Shown here: piece by piece, positions 26,787-35,773 of the stretch
Position numbering within the stretch: the stretch's first letter is position 1
How the letters are laid out: every line of letters begins with the position of its first letter
Assembly (NCBI GenBank): GCA_910586385.1
Contig: CAJUGX010000001.1
Location: 144,702 to 208,701 of the forward strand
DNA: 64,000 nucleotides
Direction: 5' to 3'
Source: an uncultured Christensenella sp.
GTDB lineage: Bacteria; Bacillota; Clostridia; Christensenellales; UBA1242
Translations under genes and position numbers: made by a program
Notes under the pieces: generated by a model
What the model saw: only the letters and a program-made list of their open reading frames with translations
What the model was told of the DNA's origin: nothing
Database searches by the model: none

Positions 26787-27248
26787 ATGGAAAAATTGTA
26801 TAATGATGAACTCTTGCCAAATGATTTTGAAGAGATTGCAAAAGCATATTCAAAAAGTCTAAAGAAAAAAGGGTTTGTGTTTATCAGTCTTGAGGAGGAA
26901 GAGTTTTCTCTTCTTGTTGACGAAGTGCTTGTGCTTCTCGCAAAAATGAAAGCATGTCTCATATGCCTACGCAAAAAACTTGATTCGGAAAGGCTGATGG
27001 AGAGATTATGCTCGTTTGAAGAGCAGGTTTCCCTGAGTTTCAATAATAAAAAACCACACAACTTCAAGTGTGTGGAAAATGAAAATCAAGCATTTTTGAG
27101 TTTGATTTCAATTGAAAATATGCTCATCTTGAAACTCCTTTCTCTTTCTGTCAAAAGCGGACAAATGGAGTTGTGCAACGACATAATTGTTGGCATAACT
27201 GGCGTATTTGCAGAGAGTTTTGACATTCAAGGCTTTTGCACAAATTAA
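26787..27248 (+). CDS. Hypothetical protein
   Basis: 153-aa ORF with a weak SD. Convergent with the next gene. Confidence 0.4.
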   Translation: MEKLYNDELLPNDFEEIAKAYSKSLKKKGFVFISLEEEEFSLLVDEVLVLLAKMKACLICLRKKLDSERLMERLCSFEEQVSLSFNNKKPHNFKCVENENQAFLSLISIENMLILKLLSLSVKSGQMELCNDIIVGITGVFAESFDIQGFCTN

Positions 27249-27790
27249 CTCACCAGAAACTCAACAACTCGTGGGAGACAAGTCTCCATTGCAGCAACAA
27301 ACTTTCTGTTTATTGATGCGGAATAAGCCGCCCCCTTTTCATTGACATCCGTAAGTTTTTTTGGATCGAGTCCCAATTCGTCGACAATTCCTTCACAGAT
27401 AAGGTTGCTTATGACGACAATTGCATTGTTTTTGTTGAGATTGCCTCTCACCATCGCTCTTTTCAAAATCTCATTGTCATAGATGATTGCTGACACAGCG
27501 ACATCTAGGAAAAATTGCAACTTCTCAATAGCAAATTCATTTCCGTTTGCAGCGGCAAGCACTTCCCATGACATATAATACTCATAGTTTGGCTTGAAGT
27601 CATCAAAGCCTCTGTTGAAGAAATAAGCGATGCAATCTTGTGCAACACAATCCCCGTCGATTGCCTTGGCAGAGATATCCAAGAAAGCATCGTTAAATTC
27701 ACCATTGTCAGCATTGTCAATGATTTGTTTTCTGTATTCCAAGAATTTGTTGTAAGCAACATCCTTTGATGTGAAATCTCTATAATCCAA
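27245..27790 (-). CDS. Hypothetical protein (possible Sel1/TPR-like helical repeats)
   Basis: 181-aa ORF. Weak pattern GD.VAQ..IAYFF..G ... AAANGN.FAI.KL. Confidence 0.45.
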   Translation of the reverse strand: MDYRDFTSKDVAYNKFLEYRKQIIDNADNGEFNDAFLDISAKAIDGDCVAQDCIAYFFNRGFDDFKPNYEYYMSWEVLAAANGNEFAIEKLQFFLDVAVSAIIYDNEILKRAMVRGNLNKNNAIVVISNLICEGIVDELGLDPKKLTDVNEKGAAYSASINRKFVAAMETCLPRVVEFLVS

Positions 27791-27863
27791 GTCTTTTTCT
27801 CCTTCAGCAAAATTATATCAAAAAGAAAGAAAAATACAAACTATTTTTCCTTCTTTTGAGTGA

Positions 27864-28517
27864 TTAACATTGTTTTTCTTTTGTTTTGAGTCTTTTCTGT
27901 TTCAAATAGAAATCTTCGACATACTTCTCCCAAAGCGGGAGAATGATAAAAACAAGGGCAAAGGTCAATGTTCCAAACAACAGCGACAACTGAACCTGAT
28001 ATGATAGCGTACAACAAGATTTCAACAACACCAGGCATGCAAAGCCGATTGAAACAAAGATGGATATGAGAAATATTAAAAACAATAAAAACAAAAAAAT
28101 CTTAAGCCTGTTTCCTCGCGAAAGTTCTTTGCTCAGCAAAAGTACGCCTTTGAAATCCAGTTCTTCACACTCACTCTGAATATGTCCAACAAAAACAAAT
28201 GACAAAAACGGAATCACAAGAATCCCGCTCACCATTTTCACAACAAAAATGCAGAGGCATCTTCCATACCTTCTCGCTGAAAACCACAATCTTTTCATAA
28301 GCTTCTTCTTTTCTCTCGTCAACATGAAGTCCTTTTGAACAATGAAAATATATGGCAGCAAAAGCAGCGGAACGACAAATCCAAACGGCAAAATACAAAA
28401 AAGAAGACACATCAAAATCAACACAGAAAAGAGCAGGCTTTTTTCATACCAGCTCCCACTCCCCCTGAAACACGACAAAGTCACGTTTTTTATTTCATAT
28501 ATATCGACCAGAAACAT
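27864..28517 (-). CDS. Polytopic membrane protein, unknown function
   Basis: At least 5 hydrophobic segments. Same strand as, and adjacent to, 27245..27790. Confidence 0.55.
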   Translation of the reverse strand: MFLVDIYEIKNVTLSCFRGSGSWYEKSLLFSVLILMCLLFCILPFGFVVPLLLLPYIFIVQKDFMLTREKKKLMKRLWFSARRYGRCLCIFVVKMVSGILVIPFLSFVFVGHIQSECEELDFKGVLLLSKELSRGNRLKIFLFLLFLIFLISIFVSIGFACLVLLKSCCTLSYQVQLSLLFGTLTFALVFIILPLWEKYVEDFYLKQKRLKTKEKQC

Positions 28518-29019
28518 AACTGGATTATTTCAATTGTATTTATGTTTATTCAATTGCGACAAAAAAACAGCGAATATTAGTCAATCAATTTTGAAACTAG
28601 CGGAATAATTAAAGAAAAACATAGACAAAAAGAACCTACGTTTTCTTTTTTACCCTTACTCTCTCTTAACCAACAAAAAAACGAATATCTCTGCCGTTGT
28701 CACAGGTTGTCGTAAAAATAAATAATCATTAAATCTTATGACACTTGCATTGACCTTGACAACAAAGGATATTGGTTTACACTAGAAAAGAAATTGAGTT
28801 TGTAGTCGTGTGTTTGTATGGCGAAGCGACGCCACTTGTAAAAACCAAGCACATGCCTAAATGGCAAATTAAAAAATTTCTATAAAATTTATAAAGGGTT
28901 GCCCCCGAGAGATAAACCCGAGGCGAACACAATTGGTTGACATTCACTTTATACTTTTTTTTAATTGGCTATTGACAACGAGAAAATAATATAATAATAT
29001 ATTAGCATAGGTGGTTGAG

Positions 29020-29541
29020 ATGAAAGAAAGAACTTTTAAAAGAATCCTTAAAGCAAGTATTGCATCCATGATTTGTTCCTTTGCAATTGGGGTGGGACTT
29101 AGTGTTTCTGGGGTTATAGTACATTTTGGATATGATTCTAAGGGGTTGGATGTTGATAAGAAAAAACTTGTTTTGGTTGATAGGGTAAATGAGTTTGGAT
29201 ATGAAGATTTTAATAAAGATTACCGCCAACAGCAACTACAACAGATACAGTTAAAATACAACCAAGGATTGATTGATGACGAACAATTTATTTCAAGCAT
29301 AAGTGGAATAAAAAATTATTCCAAAAGCGAATATTTTAAAGAACATGCAAATGCAGAATTGAAAGAAGAATATGACAGTTTAACAGCTGAAAAAAGCAAG
29401 TATCAAACAAAAAGCGAAGATTGGGGCAAATGTGCATTAGCTGGTTTAGGGCCAGTTGGCGTTGGCATGGCTTCAGTTCTTTTTGAGCTTGCTTTTGTTA
29501 GCAATGCAAAAGTGACAGAGAACCTTGAAGCGGGGAAATAA
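29020..29541 (+). CDS. Membrane protein (N- and C-terminal TM), unknown function
   Basis: ORF track 29011 (GTG). ATG at 29020 follows AGGTGG. Promoter-like TTGACA-17-TAATAT at 28972-29000. Confidence 0.55.
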   Translation: MKERTFKRILKASIASMICSFAIGVGLSVSGVIVHFGYDSKGLDVDKKKLVLVDRVNEFGYEDFNKDYRQQQLQQIQLKYNQGLIDDEQFISSISGIKNYSKSEYFKEHANAELKEEYDSLTAEKSKYQTKSEDWGKCALAGLGPVGVGMASVLFELAFVSNAKVTENLEAGK

Positions 29542-29791
29542 AGGAAACAACAGCTAAAATATTTTGAAATATAGATTATTAAAAAGTTACTTTAAGAGTA
29601 GCTTTTTTAATTCGTTAATTTATACAAAATAAAAAATTTTTACATTTTTTTGAAAAACACTTGCCCCGCTATGCTACAAGAAGGTTGATTTGATGGGGAA
29701 GAAGTCTAAAAATAAACTAAAAAAATGTGTTCGCCTAAGGTTGACAAATTCCCCCCCCGTGATATACTAGGAAAAACGGAGGTATAATATT

Positions 29792-30337
29792 ATGAATAGA
29801 CAAGAATTAGATGACAAAGTTGTGAAAGCTATTGGGTATGTTCGACCAACTGCCAACTTTGCACAAATGCTTTATGTCAAAGATGGAAAATTGGGAACAA
29901 AGAAATTTTTGGGTTCTGGTTGTAAAAATTCTGGACTTTTTGCTTTTCCTGTGATTGAGGATAACGTTATTCGCTTTACAGTGATTGATGAAACAGCTGA
30001 TATTGTTTTAAGAGATGTGTTGGTGCCAAATCCAGATGAATTAGGTGATTTTTATGGAGTTTTGATTAATCATGTTGCAAAAAATCCAAGTGATGCATCA
30101 AAAATCCCTCTCGCAGTTTATGAAGGAAGAAGAACTTTGGGGGAAGAAATATTGGTAGCCTATCAGGAAATCAAATTTGATGAAAACGCAAAACTTGGGT
30201 TAGGGGTTGATAGAAAAGAATATGTTGATGGAATAAAGAGAGATGTTGAAGAGATGAACAAAGCCTTTAATAATGCAGAAAAGCAATTTCAAGTGACCAC
30301 TTCAGAAAACTTGTTTGCAAGAAACAGAGAGGTGTGA
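29792..30337 (+). CDS. Hypothetical protein
   Basis: SD GGAGG. Promoter TTGACA (29741) -16- TGaTATACT (extended -10). Confidence 0.55.
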   Translation: MNRQELDDKVVKAIGYVRPTANFAQMLYVKDGKLGTKKFLGSGCKNSGLFAFPVIEDNVIRFTVIDETADIVLRDVLVPNPDELGDFYGVLINHVAKNPSDASKIPLAVYEGRRTLGEEILVAYQEIKFDENAKLGLGVDRKEYVDGIKRDVEEMNKAFNNAEKQFQVTTSENLFARNREV

Positions 30338-30338
30338 G

Positions 30339-30437
30339 ATGAACAAGAAAGAAGCATTTGAAGAAATCAACAGAATCATTGAAGAAGCTATTCAGAATTT
30401 GAGAACAATTCAAGATAAAAACAAAAAACAAGGGTGA
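30339..30437 (+). CDS. Possible 32-aa coiled-coil peptide
   Basis: The ATG lies 1 nt after the upstream TGA (GAGGTGTGAGATG). The ORF ends inside a terminator hairpin. Confidence 0.3.
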   Translation: MNKKEAFEEINRIIEEAIQNLRTIQDKNKKQG

Positions 30438-30452
30438 CTCCTTGTTTTTTTC
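30427..30452 (+). terminator. Rho-independent terminator
   Basis: AACAAGG-gtgact-CCTTGTT followed by T6. Confidence 0.6.
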
Positions 30453-30601
30453 ATGAAAAGACAAATTAGATTTGTTACTATAAGTTTTTAATACAAAACA
30501 ATAATCGAATCGTGTTATTGCTAGTTTCAAAATTTACAGCCCTTTCGCTGTTTTTTTATTAATTAATTAATCTAGAAATTTTAACTTTTGTTTTTTAAAA
30601 T

Positions 30602-30642
30602 AACTTGTGTAACTTTCCTAATTTGAGTTGCAACTTGTGTAA
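30602..30642. repeat. Iteron-like direct repeats AACTTGTGTAA x2, 30 bp apart; candidate replication origin
   Basis: 30602-30612 and 30632-30642 are identical. AAATTTCTAAAATTT and AAATTTTCTAAATTT follow. All lie ~200 bp upstream of rep. Confidence 0.6.
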
Positions 30643-30835
30643 ATTATATAAAATTTCTAAAATTTGTAGTTTAATTTAAATTTTCTAAATTTCAGTAAAA
30701 TATTTTTATAAAAATTATTATATATTTTTTAGAACAAGCACCTAAAATCTTTATTAATATAAAGTAGTTTTAAATAATGTTCTTGCGAGGCTAAACTATA
30801 TACGAGCATTGCTCAACAAAACGGAGGAATATAAA

Positions 30836-31663
30836 ATGTACAAAATTGAATTTGCAAACGGAATGATTATTGTTTCAAAAAAATTTAATACTGAAAAGGC
30901 AGATAAAAAGTGAAATGGGTTAAGGCGTAGCGATAAGCCTAAACTAAATATGGATAGAAAAGATTATAATAGAACAATCAATCGCAAAAGATATGAACTA
31001 TATAAACTGGACTTGACAAATTATTTTGCTAAATGAATTACGCTTACCTTTGAACATTATATAGAGTTTGACAGAGTCCTAAATGCCTTTAAACAATTTA
31101 TAAAAAGCATAAGGCGGAATTATGGCGACAATATTAAATATATAAGGGCTATTGAAGTGCAAGGCACAAGCCACTTTTTCCACATACATATAATATTATT
31201 GAATGAAGAAAAATTAAAAATAGGTTATCATGATATTAAAAAGTTTTGAGGTTATGGATTCGTCAATATTAAAAATGCCTATAATATACAAGGCTTAATA
31301 AAATATATTACCAAATATAAAGATGATACAATCCAACAAGGCAATCGCTTTTATACCTATTTTCCCATAGGTGCAAGAATAATAACTTGAAGTCAAGGAA
31401 TTAAAAATATTGATGTACCAGCATTTGAGATTGACGAAAACTTATTATATAGTATTTTAGAAGAGCAATACAAAGAATATATTGGTGTACTTGACTACAA
31501 TACTTTTGAAAATGGGCATTACTTTTTAAATAATGATAATAAATTAACATATTATTTGGATAAAATATATTTACCTAGTGAAAAAGATTTTATGCAAAGG
31601 CTAGTTGAAAGGCTTAAAACATCTAATATAGCAATGGTAGATAATAAACAAAATAATACTTAA
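30836..31663 (+). CDS. rep: Rolling-circle replication initiator (HUH endonuclease, pC194/Rep_1-like); readable only with TGA=Trp (table 4)
   Basis: GGAGG lies 8 nt before the ATG. 275 codons with no TAA/TAG and four in-frame TGA (30911, 31034, 31247, 31388). Motifs ITLTF, HFFHIHIIL (HUH), GLIKYITKY (catalytic Tyr). Absent from the standard-code ORF track. Confidence 0.75.
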
Positions 31664-31853
31664 ATATGATTATATTGTTAAAACACAAATAATCTTGGCT
31701 AAAATTAATGTAGTTAGCCATAAAATAACTCAAAATAAAAGTAGGTATAACAACTTACTTTTATTTTTTATCTATTTATAGTAAACACTTATTCGTTTTG
31801 TTTGACAAAATATGTAGTTGTATGTTATGATTGAATAGATAAAAGGAGTATAT

Positions 31854-32429
31854 ATGGAGATAAAAAAGCCATGCAAAGCAGAAGTTGAAAAGTATTTAAT
31901 GCTTTGCGATACGCAATCAAACTATGTAGAACAAGAAAAGGCATTAAAAAAGTTGTTTGCCCTTTACCCTAACAATAATGATATTAGCGAAGTTTTATTA
32001 AAGGTTAATATACTCAATGACTTTTATAGCACAAATATATTTAATACATATAAGGTAGCCGAGTATATTGTTTCGCTAAACATAGATAAAAAATTAAAAG
32101 CAAAAGATTTGTCTGTTGTAAATGATATTGCTGACAAAACAAAAAACGGCATAAACAGGAATATATACTCTTTTGCAACCAAATATTGTGTTCATCATCT
32201 TGGCAATGAATTTCCTATATTTGATAGTTATGTGGCAAAAATGCTAATGCACTTAAATAAGCAAGATAAGTTTTTCAAATTCTCTTATGAAGATTGTAGA
32301 GATTACAAAAAGTTCTATTCTATTTTAAACGCATTTAGAGAATTTTATAAGTTAAACGACTTTACTTTAAGACAACTAGATATTTATTTATGGCAAGCAG
32401 GTAAAGATTATTTCACAAAGAAATATTAA
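31854..32429 (+). CDS. Hypothetical protein
   Basis: SD AAGGAG. 191 aa. A bidirectional hairpin follows. Confidence 0.55.
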   Translation: MEIKKPCKAEVEKYLMLCDTQSNYVEQEKALKKLFALYPNNNDISEVLLKVNILNDFYSTNIFNTYKVAEYIVSLNIDKKLKAKDLSVVNDIADKTKNGINRNIYSFATKYCVHHLGNEFPIFDSYVAKMLMHLNKQDKFFKFSYEDCRDYKKFYSILNAFREFYKLNDFTLRQLDIYLWQAGKDYFTKKY

Positions 32430-32466
32430 AAATAAAAGAGGGCTGAAAAGTATCAAGCCTTCTTTT

Positions 32467-32775
32467 TTATTGTTTTAATTTTAATAATGAAATGATTGCA
32501 GTTTTCTTTTCTGGGCTGGCAGTTTCTAAAAGTTGTAATATTTCCTCATCTTGTTTATAAGCTGAAATATTATAATAAAAAAATTCTTCGGTGGTAGTAT
32601 TACAAGCCTCTAAAATATCCATTAAAGTTTCAAAGGTTGGAGCAAATGTTTTGCTTGTTTCAAGTCTATGAATATAGCACTCATTTTTGCCTATTTCCAT
32701 TGATAGTTTTCTTGCCGACAAATTTGCACGATTTCTAATAAAGCCTATTCGGTTTATAAGTTCATTATTGTCCAT
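32467..32775 (-). CDS. XRE-family HTH repressor (cI-like)
   Basis: N-terminal HTH_3 pattern RIGFIRNRANLSARKLSMEIGKNECYIHRLE. SD AAGGAGG. Divergent from the downstream operon. Confidence 0.75.
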   Translation of the reverse strand: MDNNELINRIGFIRNRANLSARKLSMEIGKNECYIHRLETSKTFAPTFETLMDILEACNTTTEEFFYYNISAYKQDEEILQLLETASPEKKTAIISLLKLKQ

Positions 32776-32890
32776 AGCCTAACCTCCTTTATTACAATTA
32801 ATTATAAATGATATTGAGGTCGTGCTAATTTAGAAGATAGTTCCAAATTGACTTTAAATTAAATATTTTATTGGCTTGTAGTAAATATAT

Positions 32891-32919
32891 TTGACTTTTT
32901 ATTGAGAAATATATATAAT
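32891..32919 (+). promoter_or_regulatory. Consensus-like promoter TTGACT-17-TATAAT for the 32944 operon
   Basis: Read directly. Located in the divergent intergenic region with the XRE gene. Confidence 0.6.
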
Positions 32920-32943
32920 AAGGTTGTATCATAAGGAGTTGTA

Positions 32944-33921
32944 ATGGATAATTCTGTACAGACAATACTAAAAGAATTAAATGAATATAATGATACTTAT
33001 AATTCAATTCAAGCTAAGTATGAATATCTAGATTTACCAGATGAGGAAGAGTGGTTTGAAAAACGGCTAAAAGTAAGCTATAAGGATGCTCCGAAGTCAA
33101 GAGGAGGCAAAACAGTTGATGCTTTCATAGCAAATGCAATAGTTTTGCCAATAAGTATAATCGTTGGAATTTTCTTTTATTTAATTATGACTAATACAAA
33201 TGATTATTTGAGTAAGTTGGTTGGTCAAATAATCCTTGGAGCCGCTATAATTGTGGTTGTAGTTTGTTTAGTAATAGATATTTATAATCTTATACAAATA
33301 ATTATAGAAAAAATAAGCAACAAAAAATATAGGCAATGGAAATCAGAGTATGACGAGAGATACCAAGAAAAGTATGAACGCTTAGAAGAATTATATAAGA
33401 AAAAAGTAAATGAAATAAAACAAAAAAACAGAGAAAATATTGATAAAAAGGTATTATTATTAAAAGAAAACAGCAAAAAGTTTTCTCATTATCCTGATGT
33501 TGTTCTAGAAAACGCAAGAGAGTTTATAAATATTTTTGAGATGGGTCGAGCCGACAATATAAAAGAGGCTATAGAAATATTTATTAAAGACGAAAGAGAA
33601 AAGAAGATATTGGAAGAACAGCGAAGGCGAACTGATATGCTGGAATATGAAATTAGACAGAGAGCAATAAAAGATGAAGAAACAAATTATAGATTGCAAC
33701 AAGAGGCACAAGAACATCAACAAAATTTACAACGAGAAGCAAGAAAGCAAACTGAAATTATGCAAAAACAATTAGATGAACAAAAACGAGCAAATAGAGA
33801 GGCAGAAAGAAACGCAAGAAGAAATGATTTTGGTCCTGCTGGTTGTATTCAATGTCCACACTATGGGGCTTGTAAAACTGAGGGTTTTAAGAAGTGTAGA
33901 AAAAGCCTAGGCTATAAATAG
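32944..33921 (+). CDS. Membrane/coiled-coil protein with C-terminal Cys cluster, unknown function
   Basis: Two TM segments, a long Glu/Lys/Arg/Gln coiled-coil region, and C-terminal GCIQCPHYGACKTEGFKKC. Confidence 0.55.
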   Translation: MDNSVQTILKELNEYNDTYNSIQAKYEYLDLPDEEEWFEKRLKVSYKDAPKSRGGKTVDAFIANAIVLPISIIVGIFFYLIMTNTNDYLSKLVGQIILGAAIIVVVVCLVIDIYNLIQIIIEKISNKKYRQWKSEYDERYQEKYERLEELYKKKVNEIKQKNRENIDKKVLLLKENSKKFSHYPDVVLENAREFINIFEMGRADNIKEAIEIFIKDEREKKILEEQRRRTDMLEYEIRQRAIKDEETNYRLQQEAQEHQQNLQREARKQTEIMQKQLDEQKRANREAERNARRNDFGPAGCIQCPHYGACKTEGFKKCRKSLGYK

Positions 33922-34091
33922 ACAGCAATGTATTTTTGCTGTCTTTTACTTTAAAAAAACAAAATACTAGATATTAAAACTTAGCGTTTAAAAGCACAAA
34001 ATGTAAAAGCAATAAAATATATAAACACAATATTAAGAACGGTGTAAGACGCATTTAAACGGCTTGTACTAACCGATACAAAGGAGTTTAT

Positions 34092-34598
34092 ATGAAAAGC
34101 AATATTGAGAAGTTTAATGACTTAATAAATTTAGATAATTTTGGCATTGCAACATTGCAAAGGTTTTTTAAGTGGAGTTTTCCAAAGGCTAAATCTACCT
34201 TGGAAGATTTAATAAAATATGGTGCAGTTGAAAAGTTGGGAAATGTCTATAAGGTTATTTCAGCTGAAAAGTTTAAAAAATATGGGTTGCAGATATTTTT
34301 ATATAGCAAGTATGAGAATATATCAAAATCACTTTCAAATATGATTTTTGAAGAACTGGTTGAAGACGATAGATTTATGAAAATAGTCAACGATACTTTT
34401 AAACTAAATTTAGATATAGAAAACATTTCAAAAAAGCAAAGACAAGAAAATATTAATTTATTTCTTTCAAACACTGCAAGAAAATTTATAATTGAAAAGT
34501 TGGCTATTAAATTTTTAAGCAAATTGTATGTTGATTTTGCACCACATATTTTAGATAAATATTGGTTTGATTGGCTTGATAAGAACTGCCCTACTTGA
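34092..34598 (+). CDS. Hypothetical protein with FtsK-gamma-like winged-helix N-terminus (tentative)
   Basis: GIATLQRFFKWSFPKAKSTLEDLIKYGAVEK resembles the FtsK gamma pattern (LQR...A..L...LE..G.V). Confidence 0.45.
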   Translation: MKSNIEKFNDLINLDNFGIATLQRFFKWSFPKAKSTLEDLIKYGAVEKLGNVYKVISAEKFKKYGLQIFLYSKYENISKSLSNMIFEELVEDDRFMKIVNDTFKLNLDIENISKKQRQENINLFLSNTARKFIIEKLAIKFLSKLYVDFAPHILDKYWFDWLDKNCPT

Positions 34599-34660
34599 TA
34601 TTAATAATAACATAAACTTCCCCTTAAAAATAATAAATCCGCTTTAAATAAGGAGTTAAA

Positions 34661-35146
34661 ATGATAACGATAAATAAACTAGAAGAATTAGAAAGATATG
34701 TTAAAATAGTGCCAGCAGATAAGCACGACGGAAAGCATAAACAAATTATATTTGAGTTTATAGAAAATGGCGAGAAAGTTGATGTTTTATTTAATTGTGC
34801 TGTTGACTTAGTTTATGAATGCCAAAAAGTAAGCAAAAAAGACTATGATTGTTGCGTGTATGTAAAGGCAAAAACAATTACTTTTAACTATTCTTTTACT
34901 TGCAATAAAATATTTGCTGACGACTTAATTATAAAAGATTGGTGTGTTTGTGAAAGCATATTAATACATAAAAACATAAGTGGAAATATTTTAAAGTGCA
35001 AACAAATTACTTGCCTATCTTCTATTGATTGTAAAGAAATTTACACACAAAAAATTAACTGCAAAAACATTAAAACGCAACTACTTGATATTGATAATAA
35101 AATTAGGCTTACAAATTTATCTTGCGAGAAAGTTGAATTTGTTTAA
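34661..35146 (+). CDS. Cys-rich hypothetical protein (short repeats, beta-solenoid-like)
   Basis: SD AAGGAG. 161 aa. Confidence 0.5.
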   Translation: MITINKLEELERYVKIVPADKHDGKHKQIIFEFIENGEKVDVLFNCAVDLVYECQKVSKKDYDCCVYVKAKTITFNYSFTCNKIFADDLIIKDWCVCESILIHKNISGNILKCKQITCLSSIDCKEIYTQKINCKNIKTQLLDIDNKIRLTNLSCEKVEFV

Positions 35147-35160
35147 AGGGGGGGCAAAAA

Positions 35161-35505
35161 ATGGTTTTTGGCTATGGCTTTATTGACATAATAATAAAAA
35201 AGAGTGTTTTAACAAAAACACAAATAGACGAGATTATAAAAAATTATAAAGTTGCGGAAGGTCATTTTGATAATAACCTTATTGTAATTCGTGCTGGTAT
35301 GAGTGATTATGATGCCGAACAAACTGCAAAAGAAATTAAAAATAGTTTTAACCTTTCTCTCAATAACGATTTTGTATTTTTAAAACAACTAAATTTGATT
35401 GAGCCTTGCAAGTGGTTAAAAGTATGTAAGTTGAAAAAAGATTTACAAATAGCAAATGAAAAGTTTACAAAAGGCTTTCCATATTTTGAATTAATAGCCG
35501 ACTAA
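35161..35505 (+). CDS. Hypothetical protein
   Basis: SD GGGGG. 114 aa. Confidence 0.5.
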   Translation: MVFGYGFIDIIIKKSVLTKTQIDEIIKNYKVAEGHFDNNLIVIRAGMSDYDAEQTAKEIKNSFNLSLNNDFVFLKQLNLIEPCKWLKVCKLKKDLQIANEKFTKGFPYFELIAD

Positions 35506-35528
35506 TTAATTTAAAAGGAGTAAGCAAA

Positions 35529-35699
35529 ATGAAAGTTGAACAAGAATATGAAAAAGACTTAATAGAGATTTTATTAAGCCTTTTAGAGAAAGATTTAAAA
35601 ACATTTTTAGAAATTTCAATTCAAACATTTGATTTGAAAGGGTTGAAAGAAATTTTAAAGATTATAAAAACTGAAAGTTTAACGGACGAAATGCAATAA
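35529..35699 (+). CDS. Possible 56-aa protein
   Basis: AAGGAG lies 8 nt before the ATG. Below the ORF-track length cutoff. Confidence 0.35.
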   Translation: MKVEQEYEKDLIEILLSLLEKDLKTFLEISIQTFDLKGLKEILKIIKTESLTDEMQ

Positions 35700-35773
35700 G
35701 CAATATATTTTATTAAGTTAAATGTCGCGATTGATTGTAGACGCATTTAACAAGCTCATAGACGCATTGTAAT

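Noticed and set aside
30335-30440. Reading the TGA stops of 29792..30337 and the 32-aa ORF as Trp (extending code-4 behaviour leftwards)
   Set aside because: The extensions give low-complexity, non-protein-like sequence. The second TGA sits in a terminator hairpin. The junction GAGGTGTGAGATG looks like the standard-code coupling junctions of the ICE. TGA-as-sense therefore seems limited to rep and xis.
28561-30557. 14-nt inverted match AAAAAAACAGCGAA / TTCGCTGTTTTTTT bracketing the two-gene segment 29.0-30.4 kb (possible terminal inverted repeats)
   Set aside because: Half of each arm is a homopolymer run. The right copy is also explained as a terminator (ACAGC-cctttc-GCTGT followed by T7). 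No transposase lies between them and there are no target-site duplicates. It is kept only as a possible boundary marker.
30836-31663. Alternative explanations for the broken rep frame: frameshift or sequencing error, ordinary pseudogene, or selenocysteine
   Set aside because: All four interruptions are in-frame TGA, with no TAA/TAG and no frame change over 275 codons. Random decay would produce mixed stops. Five Sec codons in aromatic contexts without SECIS-like hairpins is implausible. The possibility that the gene is functionally dead in this host is kept open in the finding.
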